Source: Candidatus Ratteibacteria bacterium
GTDB taxonomy: Bacteria; Ratteibacteria; UBA8468; MWAK01
Assembly (NCBI GenBank): GCA_041653615.1
Contig: JBAZEZ010000001.1
Coordinates: 14,041-78,040, forward strand
Direction: 5' to 3'
Length of the DNA: 64,000 bases
Position 1 is the first letter of the stretch. Every line of letters begins with the position of its first letter. Shown piece after piece: positions 7,589-16,210 of this stretch. The notes under the pieces are model-generated. The model saw nothing but the letters and a program-made list of their open reading frames with translations, had not been told where the DNA came from and ran no database searches. The position numbers and the translations under genes are program-made.

Positions 7589-8326
7589 ATGGAAATCAAA
7601 GGATTTGCCCGGACTTCCTTTGTTGATTATCCCGGAAAAATAGCGGCGGTAATCTGGACGCCGGGTTGTAATTTTCGCTGTCCGTTCTGCTACAACGCTG
7701 ACCTGGTTTTGAACCACTCTTCGCTGCCTTCCTTTTCTGAAACAAAAATTTTAAACTACCTGCGTAAAGAAAAAGACTTTCTTGACGGGCTGGTTGTCAC
7801 GGGTGGCGAACCGACCCTGCAACCGAAGTTAATTGATTTTCTGATAAAAATCAAGGCGGAAAACCTTCCGGTGAAATTGGATACCAACGGTTCGCGGCCG
7901 GAGGTCCTGAGAAAATTGATAAGCCGGGATTTGATAGCTTACGTTGCGCTTGACATCAAAGCACCGCTCCGACCGGAAAAATACAGCCGGGTTTCCGGAA
8001 TTGAAGTTGCGTCCCGCGACCAAGTCCTTTCAAAAGTTATTGCCACGATTGACTTGTTGACTGATTCGGGGGTAGAATATGAATTACGCACCACCGTTGC
8101 TCCGGACTTTTTAACTGAAGACGATTTTCTGGAAATCGGCCGGTTTTGCAGGGAACGAAAAAACCAAGACGTCTTTCCCGGTCGTTATGTTATTCAAAAT
8201 TTCTTTCCCGCTCCAACCCTGAACCCGGAATTTGCCGCTAAAAAATCCTGGGAAAAAGAATGGCTGGAAGCGTTACGGGAAAAGCTGAAACCTTTTTTTC
8301 GGGAAGTACAGATACGGAGTCGGTAA
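7589..8326 (+). CDS. radical-SAM glycyl-radical-enzyme activase, NrdG (anaerobic RNR activase) family
   Basis: SFVDYPGKIAAVIWTPGCNFRCPFCYNADLV carries the CxxxCxxC cluster in the NrdG context. GGEPTLQP...KLDTNG is also present. No glycyl-radical partner enzyme lies in the window. An alternative TTG start lies at 7577. Confidence 0.65.
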   Translation: MEIKGFARTSFVDYPGKIAAVIWTPGCNFRCPFCYNADLVLNHSSLPSFSETKILNYLRKEKDFLDGLVVTGGEPTLQPKLIDFLIKIKAENLPVKLDTNGSRPEVLRKLISRDLIAYVALDIKAPLRPEKYSRVSGIEVASRDQVLSKVIATIDLLTDSGVEYELRTTVAPDFLTEDDFLEIGRFCRERKNQDVFPGRYVIQNFFPAPTLNPEFAAKKSWEKEWLEALREKLKPFFREVQIRSR

Positions 8327-8341
8327 GTATCGGAAACTAAA

Positions 8342-8887
8342 ATGAAAAAAAGGCTGGTTAATTTAAATATCTTTGTGTTAACAATAGTCGGCTTGTTCCT
8401 TACGGTACGGCCCCTTATGGCCCAGGGCAGCCTGCTCGGAAACCCGGCAAAACTTTTTACCGTAACCTCGCTGGACGGAAAAACCATCTCCCTGGATTCC
8501 CTGAAAGGAAAAGTGGTCGTCCTTAATTTCTGGGCGACAAGGTGCCCGCCCTGCCGGGCTGAAATTCCAGAACTCATCCAGTTTTACCGGGATTTTGAAA
8601 AGAAGGGTGTCATAATAATCGGGTTAGGGGTAAGAAACAGTGACTTAGTCGGCCTAAACGACCGTAACGCCACTTTACTGGAATTCAGCAAGGCAAACCG
8701 GATTAATTATCCGATTGTCAATGATTTAGAAAACCGGGTGGCTCGTTTCTATGGAATAAGATGGATCCCGACTACCTTCGTAATCGACCGTAACGGTATA
8801 ATTCGCGATACGCGCGTCGGAGGCATAGACAAGCAAGAACTCTTGAAGATGGTCGGGCCTTATTTATCGGAAATTACAAAAGAATAA
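8342..8887 (+). CDS. TlpA/ResA-family thiol:disulfide oxidoreductase, secreted
   Basis: N-terminal signal/anchor helix, then a thioredoxin fold with WATRCPPCRAEIPEL (CxxC active site). Confidence 0.8.
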   Translation: MKKRLVNLNIFVLTIVGLFLTVRPLMAQGSLLGNPAKLFTVTSLDGKTISLDSLKGKVVVLNFWATRCPPCRAEIPELIQFYRDFEKKGVIIIGLGVRNSDLVGLNDRNATLLEFSKANRINYPIVNDLENRVARFYGIRWIPTTFVIDRNGIIRDTRVGGIDKQELLKMVGPYLSEITKE

Positions 8888-8896
8888 TATCTGACA

Positions 8897-9709
8897 ATGG
8901 AAATATGCGTTTCCACCTTTATCTGCAATAAAGAAAAAGTTCTGGATGTGCTACCGGTTTTCGCCGACAACGCAATTAAAAACCTGGAGCTATGGGGAGC
9001 GTTTAATTTCGGAAGCAAACACCACTTCCCCTACCGGGAACATGGTTACGAAAACCATCTTATTGACAAATTAAAAAAATTTAACATAAAAGTTAGAACC
9101 ATGCACGCTCCGTTCAGCGAAACCCTGGATATTTCCTCACTTAACGATAATTTACGCAAAAAAGCGATTAATGAAATAAAAGCGGCTGTTTCCGTTTTCA
9201 GCCGACTGCCCGGAGCCGAAACCGTAATCGTCCATCCCGGCGGAATTTTAACTCGGCCTGAAGAAGAAAAAATGAGGCTGGCGCAGAGCCGAAAAAGCCT
9301 GGTTGAACTAGACCGAATCCTATCTGAAAACAAAATACGCCTGGCAGTTGAAAACATGTTACCCGGCTTAGTCGGATGGCAACCATCCGCCCTTTCTTTA
9401 TTAATTGAAGGCCTATCCAACACCGGTATTTGCCTGGATACGGGCCACGCCCACATTTCCGGCGTTCTGGATGTAATCCTGAAAACGTTAAAAGATGAAA
9501 TTATCGCCTTTCATCTTTCCGATACCTACGATTCCGCAGACCGACACCTGATTCCATCTGAAGGAACCGTAAATTGGTCTGATTTCAGAAAAAAAGCTCT
9601 GGAAGGAAAAAAACTGGCGTTTTTAACTTTTGAGACGCGGGACCGCGACAACTTAACCAAAGCCCTACAGGAAATTAAAACGGCTTTTCGTAAATTAACG
9701 CTTTCGTAA
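8897..9709 (+). CDS. sugar-phosphate isomerase/epimerase (xylose-isomerase-like TIM barrel, AP-endonuclease-2 fold)
   Basis: 270 aa with length and motif pattern typical of the family (VHPGG...E(N)...DTGHAHISG). Confidence 0.6.
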   Translation: MEICVSTFICNKEKVLDVLPVFADNAIKNLELWGAFNFGSKHHFPYREHGYENHLIDKLKKFNIKVRTMHAPFSETLDISSLNDNLRKKAINEIKAAVSVFSRLPGAETVIVHPGGILTRPEEEKMRLAQSRKSLVELDRILSENKIRLAVENMLPGLVGWQPSALSLLIEGLSNTGICLDTGHAHISGVLDVILKTLKDEIIAFHLSDTYDSADRHLIPSEGTVNWSDFRKKALEGKKLAFLTFETRDRDNLTKALQEIKTAFRKLTLS

Positions 9710-9711
9710 TC

Positions 9712-9728
9712 GCCCGCCTAAGGCGGGC
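9712..9728 (+). terminator. hairpin GCCCGCC-TAA-GGCGGGC after the isomerase gene
   Basis: Perfect 7-bp GC stem 3 nt after the stop. The T-tract is weak (ctctgtt). Confidence 0.35.
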
Positions 9729-9778
9729 TCTGTTAAAAACAACGGGCACGTTTGGCAACTGCATTCGCAAGGGGGAAA

Positions 9779-10102
9779 ATGGAAATAATATTAAACGAAA
9801 CTAATTTTGAAAAAGAAGTAAAGGAAAGCACCGTCCCGTTCCTAATTGATTTTTGGGCTCAATGGTGCGGTCCCTGCCAAATGCTGGGTCCGATATTAAA
9901 CCAAATCGCCACGGACTTTGAGGGACGGGTGAACGTGGGCAAGGTGAATGTGGACGAAAATCCAAATCTGGCCGGAAAATTCGGGGTGATGGGCATCCCG
10001 ACCCTGATCCTCTTTATCGGCGGACAGGAAAAAGAACGGCTGGTCGGCATGGTGCCCAAAGAACAGCTCATCCAATTGTTGGAAAATTCTTTAAAACAAT
10101 AG
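9779..10102 (+). CDS. trxA: thioredoxin
   Basis: WAQWCGPCQMLGPIL active site. A GGGGG ribosome-binding site sits 7 nt upstream of the ATG at 9779. The longer ORF from 9752 lacks a ribosome-binding site. Confidence 0.85.
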   Translation: MEIILNETNFEKEVKESTVPFLIDFWAQWCGPCQMLGPILNQIATDFEGRVNVGKVNVDENPNLAGKFGVMGIPTLILFIGGQEKERLVGMVPKEQLIQLLENSLKQ

Positions 10103-10112
10103 CGGGAGGGGA

Positions 10113-11876
10113 ATGAAACGATTCGCGCTCTGGGTGGGATTGATTGTTTTTTTCGCCATTACCTTGCCTGCCTTTGGGCAACAGACCAATGCCAATTTAG
10201 TATCGCCGACGGCGGAGGAATATTTCAATAAAGGCACGGAATTTTACGAAGCCGATAATTACTCCGAGGCAGTCGCCGCGTTCGAAAAGGCACTGGAACT
10301 AAAAACCGACTATCTGGAAGCCGAATATAACCTGGCGATAACCTACTGGACCCAAAAAAATTACCCGAAAGCCATTTCCACTCTGGAATCACTTGCTAAA
10401 AAAACACCAACCACCGACATTGGTAAAAAAGCAACCGATGATCTACAGAAATTAAAAGCGTTTACTGCCCCGGTTGTTGTTCTCAAGAAAACCACGGAAG
10501 CAGAGGAAACAAATGAAGAAGTAAACGGTAAACGTAAAAGTGTCCCGGAATTACTCGCAGATTTAAAATTTGGTCTTCTCGCCAAACGAATCTCCGCGCT
10601 GGACCAACTCAAAAAAGCGGAGACTGATGAAGCAATTGAAGCACTGATTGCGTCCGCATCCAATGAACACGAAAAACTGGTCGTTAGAAGTAGTGCGGTT
10701 CAAAATTTAGCCCAAATCAAGAATCCAAAAGCTCTTGCTATGGTTGACCAGGCGCTTGCCGGAGACTTTCCGAAGGAAGAAAAATTTGAGTTCCTGGTAG
10801 CTCTGGCCAACCAGAACACACCTGAGGCTTTCAAGGTAATCTTAAAATATTGGTTTTTGAAAAAATGGCCCGTCGAAATGGAAACATCAGGAACCGAAAT
10901 TACCAGGAAAGAATGGCCCCCGGAACTTGCCGACCCGCGGATGTGGACACTAACCAAGGCACTGGGCAAAGAAGAGTCCCTCCCACTCTTTCTTTTCGCC
11001 TGGCCCGGCATTACTGAAACCACCTATAGCACTATACCCGAAAACCAAAGGGATTATATTTTTTACTATAACTTGATGACCGGATTCCTTAAAGGAGACC
11101 TCAGTGTTGCAGTCCTGGTACAAAGACTTAAGGAAGACTACCCGAAAAACAATCCTGCCCTAACTCAATCTGCTCCGGGAGGATCAGAATCGCCCTCTCC
11201 CGGTTTTACAAGCCCCATACTGAAATCGTCTCAATCTGCTCCGGGAGTTACGGGAAAATCATCCCCCCAGAAAAATCAGGGATGGACCGTGGAAGATGAG
11301 GTAAAACTGAGGGTCGAAATGGTTGAAGTTTTGGGAGGTGTTGCCGGGGAATCCCAGGGGCCTTTCTTGGAATACCTGGCGCTCAATGACCCAAAAACCG
11401 CGGTCAGAGTTATTTCCTCTGAAGCTTTTAAATCTTTAAACATCAGGGTTGCCCGGTCGAAAGAAAATTATGAAAAAGGATTAAAACTCTTAGAGTCCGG
11501 AAATTTTAACGAGGCAAGTTCTCTTTTTGAACAAGCGCTCAAAGAAAATTACGACTCCCCCTACCGGAAAAACATCAAAAAGAATCTCATTTCAACCGGC
11601 ATCCAATTCCTGGCAAAGGGAAACAAAGTGCGGGCTGCATCTTTGCTCAATCCACTCTACCAGTTGTTATCCGGAGGGTTAGCGCAAAAAATAACGGACG
11701 CAACATCGAATACAGATACAAATCAAGAAATGGTTAAAAAGATGATCCGTGACCAACTGGCGGCGCTGGAAATACCTTCCGCATCGATAAAAGCACAAGA
11801 TATACAAAACATTTACGACCTCGGTCTTGAATTGGGTATAATCAAAAAGCCCGAGTTATTCCCGGGCGCAATGTGA
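10113..11876 (+). CDS. secreted TPR- and HEAT-like-repeat protein (hypothetical)
   Basis: Signal peptide MKRFALWVGLIVFFAITLPAFG. TPR-like units (YSEAVAAFEKALELKTDYLEAEYNLAITYWTQKNYPKAIS). A Ser/Pro/Gly-rich low-complexity linker. GGGAGGGG ribosome-binding site. Confidence 0.55.
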   Translation: MKRFALWVGLIVFFAITLPAFGQQTNANLVSPTAEEYFNKGTEFYEADNYSEAVAAFEKALELKTDYLEAEYNLAITYWTQKNYPKAISTLESLAKKTPTTDIGKKATDDLQKLKAFTAPVVVLKKTTEAEETNEEVNGKRKSVPELLADLKFGLLAKRISALDQLKKAETDEAIEALIASASNEHEKLVVRSSAVQNLAQIKNPKALAMVDQALAGDFPKEEKFEFLVALANQNTPEAFKVILKYWFLKKWPVEMETSGTEITRKEWPPELADPRMWTLTKALGKEESLPLFLFAWPGITETTYSTIPENQRDYIFYYNLMTGFLKGDLSVAVLVQRLKEDYPKNNPALTQSAPGGSESPSPGFTSPILKSSQSAPGVTGKSSPQKNQGWTVEDEVKLRVEMVEVLGGVAGESQGPFLEYLALNDPKTAVRVISSEAFKSLNIRVARSKENYEKGLKLLESGNFNEASSLFEQALKENYDSPYRKNIKKNLISTGIQFLAKGNKVRAASLLNPLYQLLSGGLAQKITDATSNTDTNQEMVKKMIRDQLAALEIPSASIKAQDIQNIYDLGLELGIIKKPELFPGAM

Positions 11877-11941
11877 GAACCATCCGGAACCCCTTAGACC
11901 GCCGGGGTACACCACCAAGATAAAAAATGGGTTAGGTATTA

Positions 11942-12646
11942 CTACGGCAGGATACTGCCGGAGCGTATCCGGCCCCAAACCGCGTAGCGCTGAAACGCCT
12001 CCGCGTATTTAACGCCGCATTGAACGCCCCGAAAAGCACTGTGTTTTTTCATAAAATCTACATAATCAATACCGTCATGGTCCTTAAGCCATTTATACTG
12101 ACTCTGGTGGCACAACAGGGCCTTACCTTTCGCCTCAATAAACTCCGAAATATCCACATAATCAGTCGGCTGGAAGTTAACTGCCGCCATCGCATCCATG
12201 AAATAAATAGGCGGAATTGATTTGATGTGCGGACTTTCCGTGCGGAAATTAGGCAACGAAGCGGTAAAGGAAGCGTCTATTGCCAGTCGGCCGGTTGTGG
12301 AATGGTCACACATGTAGTCATCCGGGTAGTGGGTTAAAATCAGGTCCGGTTTTGCCTGCCGGATTATTTCCACCACTTTCCGACGGCTCTCGCGATCGGC
12401 GTAGATATCCAGGTCCGGAAAAACGCCGATGCTGACCAAGGTTGCTTTTTCCAATTTCGCCGCTTCTTCCGCCTCCAGACGCCGAATACGCGCCAATTCT
12501 TCCGGACCGATTTCGTAATGACCTTTATCACCATTGCATAAAACAGCCGTAAAAATTTCATCGCCCCGGTCGCGAAACTTCAGGAGCGTTCCGGCGCAAA
12601 GAAATTCGATATCGTCGGGATGGGCGCCTATTGCCAATATTCTCAT
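11942..12646 (-). CDS. PIG-L/LmbE-family N-acetyl-sugar deacetylase
   Basis: MRILAIGAHPDDIEFLCAGTL...NGDKGH is the LmbE/PIG-L zinc-hydrolase signature. Confidence 0.8.
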   Translation of the reverse strand: MRILAIGAHPDDIEFLCAGTLLKFRDRGDEIFTAVLCNGDKGHYEIGPEELARIRRLEAEEAAKLEKATLVSIGVFPDLDIYADRESRRKVVEIIRQAKPDLILTHYPDDYMCDHSTTGRLAIDASFTASLPNFRTESPHIKSIPPIYFMDAMAAVNFQPTDYVDISEFIEAKGKALLCHQSQYKWLKDHDGIDYVDFMKKHSAFRGVQCGVKYAEAFQRYAVWGRIRSGSILP

Positions 12647-12668
12647 TTATACCTCCACTCTCTTGTCA

Positions 12669-12751
12669 TTCCCGCGGATAGTAAGCGGGAATCTACACCT
12701 TAAAGGATTGGATCCCCGCCTACGACATGCAGGGATGACGGTTACCCGTCA
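12669..12751 (-). terminator. three consecutive hairpins between the NagB-like and PIG-L genes
   Basis: TTCCCGC-ggatagtaa-GCGGGAA (12669-12691), ATCCC...GGGAT, and TGACGG-ttac-CCGTCA (12736-12751, overlapping the upstream stop codon). The spacer is short but not T-rich. The function (terminator or attenuator) is not established. Confidence 0.3.
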
Positions 12752-13699
12752 GTTACAATCCGCGACCAGCGGTCCGGCTAATTCCTTCAGAAAAAACAAC
12801 CGGCCGGGCAGGGTCGGCATAAAACTGCTCGGAACCCACATGTCGGTTCCGTAACGCAGTGTGACCCATAAACTCATCCCCTGCCACATCATTCCCCGGC
12901 CAAGAATTCCATCACAACCTCCGATAATTGTATCTGCCCCAAGAAATATTCCCGGGCCGATGGTGTTGGCAAAACAAGGCACCAAAGTAGTCCGGCTTTT
13001 AAAACTGGTAATCGCATTCTGTTCGACGGTAAGCGGATGCAGCTTCGCCCCTACGCGGTAAGGCTGTTTTTTCCATTCCGCCACGCTGGAAAATTCCGCG
13101 GCAAAATGCGGTTCCCAGAAAGCGATGTGAAAAACCCGGCCGACGCCAAATATTAACACCATCTTCGCGCCTTCCTTCCGCAGTCTTTCAATTTCCTTCG
13201 GATAAGCGGGCAGTAATTTTGAGGTTGCGAAATGGCGCTGACCGGACGGTACGGTCAAAGACCCGAGCGGACCGTAGAAAGCGCCTTCCATCGCATTCTG
13301 AAAAGCGCCGGGGTTATCCGAAGGCAGGGTCTTTCCGTTTCGGTCGCTCCACTCATCCATATTAAAACCGTGCACATGCCGGCAGTCAACGTTCCATTCC
13401 TTCAAGAAATAAACGGCCCATTTATACATCCCCATCGGCCCGACCGGTAGGATTAAAATCAGTTTTCTCTTTTCTTCTCTTGCCGCGCGAATTTCCAGCG
13501 CAATCTCATGACCCATTTTAACGTCAAATTCTTCCAGGGAAGCGCAGGAAACCGGAACAAAATTCTTGTTCCACCATGACTGCCGGTCACAAATCGACTT
13601 TGCCGGATTGCTGCAGCACCGGTCAATTTTAGCCAGATTCCAACCCGCCGGAAAGAAGTTTTCAAGCAAAGAGCCTTTCACTGTTTTAATCAAATTCAT
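12749..13699 (-). CDS. glucosamine-6-phosphate deaminase / 6-phosphogluconolactonase-fold (NagB-like) family protein
   Basis: A Rossmann-like core with [13 protein letters not shown] and further blocks gives a moderate match to the NagB/Pgl superfamily. The ATG at 13699 is preceded by GGGGGGAG. The ORF listed from 13711 has no ribosome-binding site. Confidence 0.5.
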   Translation of the reverse strand: MNLIKTVKGSLLENFFPAGWNLAKIDRCCSNPAKSICDRQSWWNKNFVPVSCASLEEFDVKMGHEIALEIRAAREEKRKLILILPVGPMGMYKWAVYFLKEWNVDCRHVHGFNMDEWSDRNGKTLPSDNPGAFQNAMEGAFYGPLGSLTVPSGQRHFATSKLLPAYPKEIERLRKEGAKMVLIFGVGRVFHIAFWEPHFAAEFSSVAEWKKQPYRVGAKLHPLTVEQNAITSFKSRTTLVPCFANTIGPGIFLGADTIIGGCDGILGRGMMWQGMSLWVTLRYGTDMWVPSSFMPTLPGRLFFLKELAGPLVADCN

Positions 13700-13724
13700 A
13701 ACTCCCCCCATGTTTTATTCTTAA

Positions 13725-14987
13725 TTACTTTGTGTATGCGGCCGCCACCTTCCGAAATGCCGCCACGTAAAACTCCATATGCTGCAAGGTATAAACCGGG
13801 TGCGTAAAGAACGATACCGTCCGCTCGGAAAGCCAATTCGCCTTTTTGCAGTCAAAAGCCGCGTAATCAATCTTTCGGGCGTTAGGATCTTTAAAAGGAT
13901 ATTTTAACCGACCGAATCCGTTCTGTTCAAGATACGCCTTCTCTTTATACATTTCCGGCCACTGAACGCCGTAAACCGGAACACCCTCCGCTTCCAGGGC
14001 GCCCACAAACTGTTTCACCGGAACCTTAAGCCGGTCAGAGTCAAGAACAAACGGCGCCCACCAGAACGCGTTCTCCCGCTCCCTGGTGTCCAACGGCGGA
14101 TGCAAAACCAACGGGTGCCCTTTCAGGGCTTCAATCAGAAAACGGCCGTTCTTCCTCCGGTTCAACAGGTTCCAGGTATCAAGCCGACCCAGTTCGCAGA
14201 GACCGATTACCGACTGCATTTCCGTCATGCGATAGTTAAAACCTACCCGATTATGGATGTAGGTAAGCTTCGCTTCCAATTCTAATAATCTCAACCTCTC
14301 TTTAACATCATAACCGTGGTCGCGAAAAGACCGGCATTCCCACTGCAGCGCTTCATTGTCGGTTATCACCGCCCCGCCTTCTCCGCCGGTGGTAAAATGT
14401 TTGCTCTGGCAAAAACTAAAGCACCCGGCGTCACCGATGGTTCCGGCCTTCTTTCCCTTGTAGATACCGCCGAAACACTGGGCGCAGTCTTCAATCACAG
14501 AAAGGTTATGTTTTTTAGCAATCTTCATTATCGGGTCCATGTCAGCCACCACCCCGTAAAGATGCACCACGATGATAGCCTTCGTTCGCTCCGTAATTTT
14601 GTCTTCAATATCCGCCGGGTCAAGGGTATGGGTCTCGTTCACATCGGCGAAAACCGGCAAAGCACCCGCCTGAAGTATGCAGAACGAAGAAGCAATGAAA
14701 GAATAGGAAGGACAAATAATCTCGTCGCCCGGTCCTATTCCTAAAGCCGCCACCGCCGTATGGAGGGCGCTGGTGCCGTTGCTGGTTGTAATTCCGTACT
14801 TTGCTCCGTTCCACTTAGCCCACTCATTTTCAAACTTAACGCCCATCTCGCCGGTCCAGTAATTGACCTTTCCGGTGCGCAATGGTTCCATCGCCTTCTG
14901 AATGGTAGTCTCTTCAAAAGAAGGCCATTTCGGAAAATGATTTTTGTTTATCGCCGCCCCGCCTTCAATCGCTAATTTTTCCGTCAT
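13725..14987 (-). CDS. DegT/DnrJ/EryC1/StrS-family PLP-dependent sugar aminotransferase
   Basis: Fold-type-I aminotransferase with FCQSKHFTTGGEGGAVITDN (lysine-PLP region). Start taken at ATG 14987 (MTEKLAIEGG), preceded by GGAGA. Alternative starts lie at 14999 and at a TTG at 15014. Confidence 0.8.
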   Translation of the reverse strand: MTEKLAIEGGAAINKNHFPKWPSFEETTIQKAMEPLRTGKVNYWTGEMGVKFENEWAKWNGAKYGITTSNGTSALHTAVAALGIGPGDEIICPSYSFIASSFCILQAGALPVFADVNETHTLDPADIEDKITERTKAIIVVHLYGVVADMDPIMKIAKKHNLSVIEDCAQCFGGIYKGKKAGTIGDAGCFSFCQSKHFTTGGEGGAVITDNEALQWECRSFRDHGYDVKERLRLLELEAKLTYIHNRVGFNYRMTEMQSVIGLCELGRLDTWNLLNRRKNGRFLIEALKGHPLVLHPPLDTRERENAFWWAPFVLDSDRLKVPVKQFVGALEAEGVPVYGVQWPEMYKEKAYLEQNGFGRLKYPFKDPNARKIDYAAFDCKKANWLSERTVSFFTHPVYTLQHMEFYVAAFRKVAAAYTK

Positions 14988-15060
14988 CTTTTTCTCCATT
15001 GCCCGCCGTGGCAAATACGCCTGTTAGAGGCACCAGTTTCGCAAAGATGGGTTACCTTAA

Positions 15061-16098
15061 TTACAATTTAATTGTTCTACCGGTACGGGACGATTCGTAA
15101 GCCGCTAACACCAGCTTTTGCGACCAAAGACCATCCTCGCCGGAAACAACCGGTTTCCGATTTTCCAAAATCGCACCGGCAAATTCTTCAATCTCCGCCT
15201 GATACGTATTTACCGGCGGGAACTTCAAATCCACTCCGCCCGACTGAGATCTTTTCTGCTCAGCCTCATAGCCCTTCATCCCTTTTTCCACAAAAGCGCG
15301 CGCGATTCCAGCCGACCCCTGACCGATGGTTCCTTCAGCCAGAACTGAACCGGCGCTTCCGTAAACCTCCAGAAAGTTACGGGAAGAATTATCCGGTATG
15401 GAAAAAAACGCATCAACCACACCCATGGCTCCGTTCTGAAAACGAACGGTGGTCAAAGCGCTGTCCTCCGCCGCATAAGATTGGACGAGGTTACCGGTAA
15501 AACAACTTATTTCTTTAACCGTTGATTGAAAAATATATTCCAGCAGATCAATAAGGTGGTTGCCCATGTCAATTAAGGAACCGCCTCCGCCCTGTTCCGG
15601 ATTCTGCCGCCAGGCTCCTTTCATCGGCGGGTACCAGCAGGAAAGCTGAGCCCGGCCCAGAACCGGCTTGCCAATCCCGCCTTCGGAAATCATCGCCCGC
15701 AGCTGCTGATGAAAACCGTGAAATCTCATCATATAGCCTACTCCTAATTTCAGACCCTGTTTTTCCGCTTCTTTAATCACAGATTCACAATCGAAAAGTG
15801 TCAGGGAAAGCGGTTTTTCCACCAAGACATTTTTGCCGTAACGCAGCGCCCCTATCGCCTGCTGCGCATGCAGATAAGCAGGCGTAGCAATATAAATTGC
15901 GTTAATTTCCGGGTCCGACAACAGTTCCTTTTCAGTGTCATAGCACTTAACTTTTAAATCTTTTGCCATCTCTTTTGCCACCGAAAGATTGGCATCCATA
16001 ACCGCGGTCAAACAACTATTCTTCGCCGCTAAAATTCCCTCCGGAATGGTGCGCCGCCGCGCAATTCCGCCGCAACCAATCACTCCCCAATTGACCAT
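15061..16098 (-). CDS. Gfo/Idh/MocA-family NAD(P)-dependent sugar oxidoreductase
   Basis: MVNWGVIGCGGIARRRTIP... is the Rossmann N-terminus, and the C-terminal Gfo/Idh/MocA domain follows. Confidence 0.85.
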   Translation of the reverse strand: MVNWGVIGCGGIARRRTIPEGILAAKNSCLTAVMDANLSVAKEMAKDLKVKCYDTEKELLSDPEINAIYIATPAYLHAQQAIGALRYGKNVLVEKPLSLTLFDCESVIKEAEKQGLKLGVGYMMRFHGFHQQLRAMISEGGIGKPVLGRAQLSCWYPPMKGAWRQNPEQGGGGSLIDMGNHLIDLLEYIFQSTVKEISCFTGNLVQSYAAEDSALTTVRFQNGAMGVVDAFFSIPDNSSRNFLEVYGSAGSVLAEGTIGQGSAGIARAFVEKGMKGYEAEQKRSQSGGVDLKFPPVNTYQAEIEEFAGAILENRKPVVSGEDGLWSQKLVLAAYESSRTGRTIKL

Positions 16099-16120
16099 AA
16101 AATGTCCTCCAATTTTATGG
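16095..16120 (-). promoter_or_regulatory. 9-bp perfect inverted repeat CCATAAAAT-N7-ATTTTATGG that places the GGAGGA ribosome-binding site in the loop and the ATG of the oxidoreductase gene in the stem
   Basis: The mRNA sense reads CCAUAAAAUUGGAGGACAUUUUAUGG. The AUG is the start codon of the 15061..16098 gene. Confidence 0.4.
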
Positions 16121-16205
16121 TCATTGCGAGTCCGCCAGAGGCGAACGCGGCAATCTCAAACCTTACGAAACGGGATTGCCACACTGGAATACGTTCGCAA
16201 TGACA
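16119..16205. repeat. 87-bp element bounded by inverted GGTCATTGCGA termini (small palindromic repeat unit)
   Basis: ggtcattgcgag...ggcaatc at the left end and gattgcc...ttcgcaatgac at the right end. Each half can also fold on itself (ATTGC/GCAAT). Lies in the spacer between the ceramidase-like and oxidoreductase genes. Confidence 0.45.
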
Positions 16206-16210
16206 TTTAT

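Noticed and set aside
10113-11876. Internal Ser/Pro/Gly-rich repeats in the TPR protein (SAPGGSESPSPG... and SQSAPGVTGKSSPQ) as a possible variable region
   Set aside because: A short low-complexity linker typical of secreted repeat proteins. No tandem DNA repeat structure or hypervariability signal is evident.
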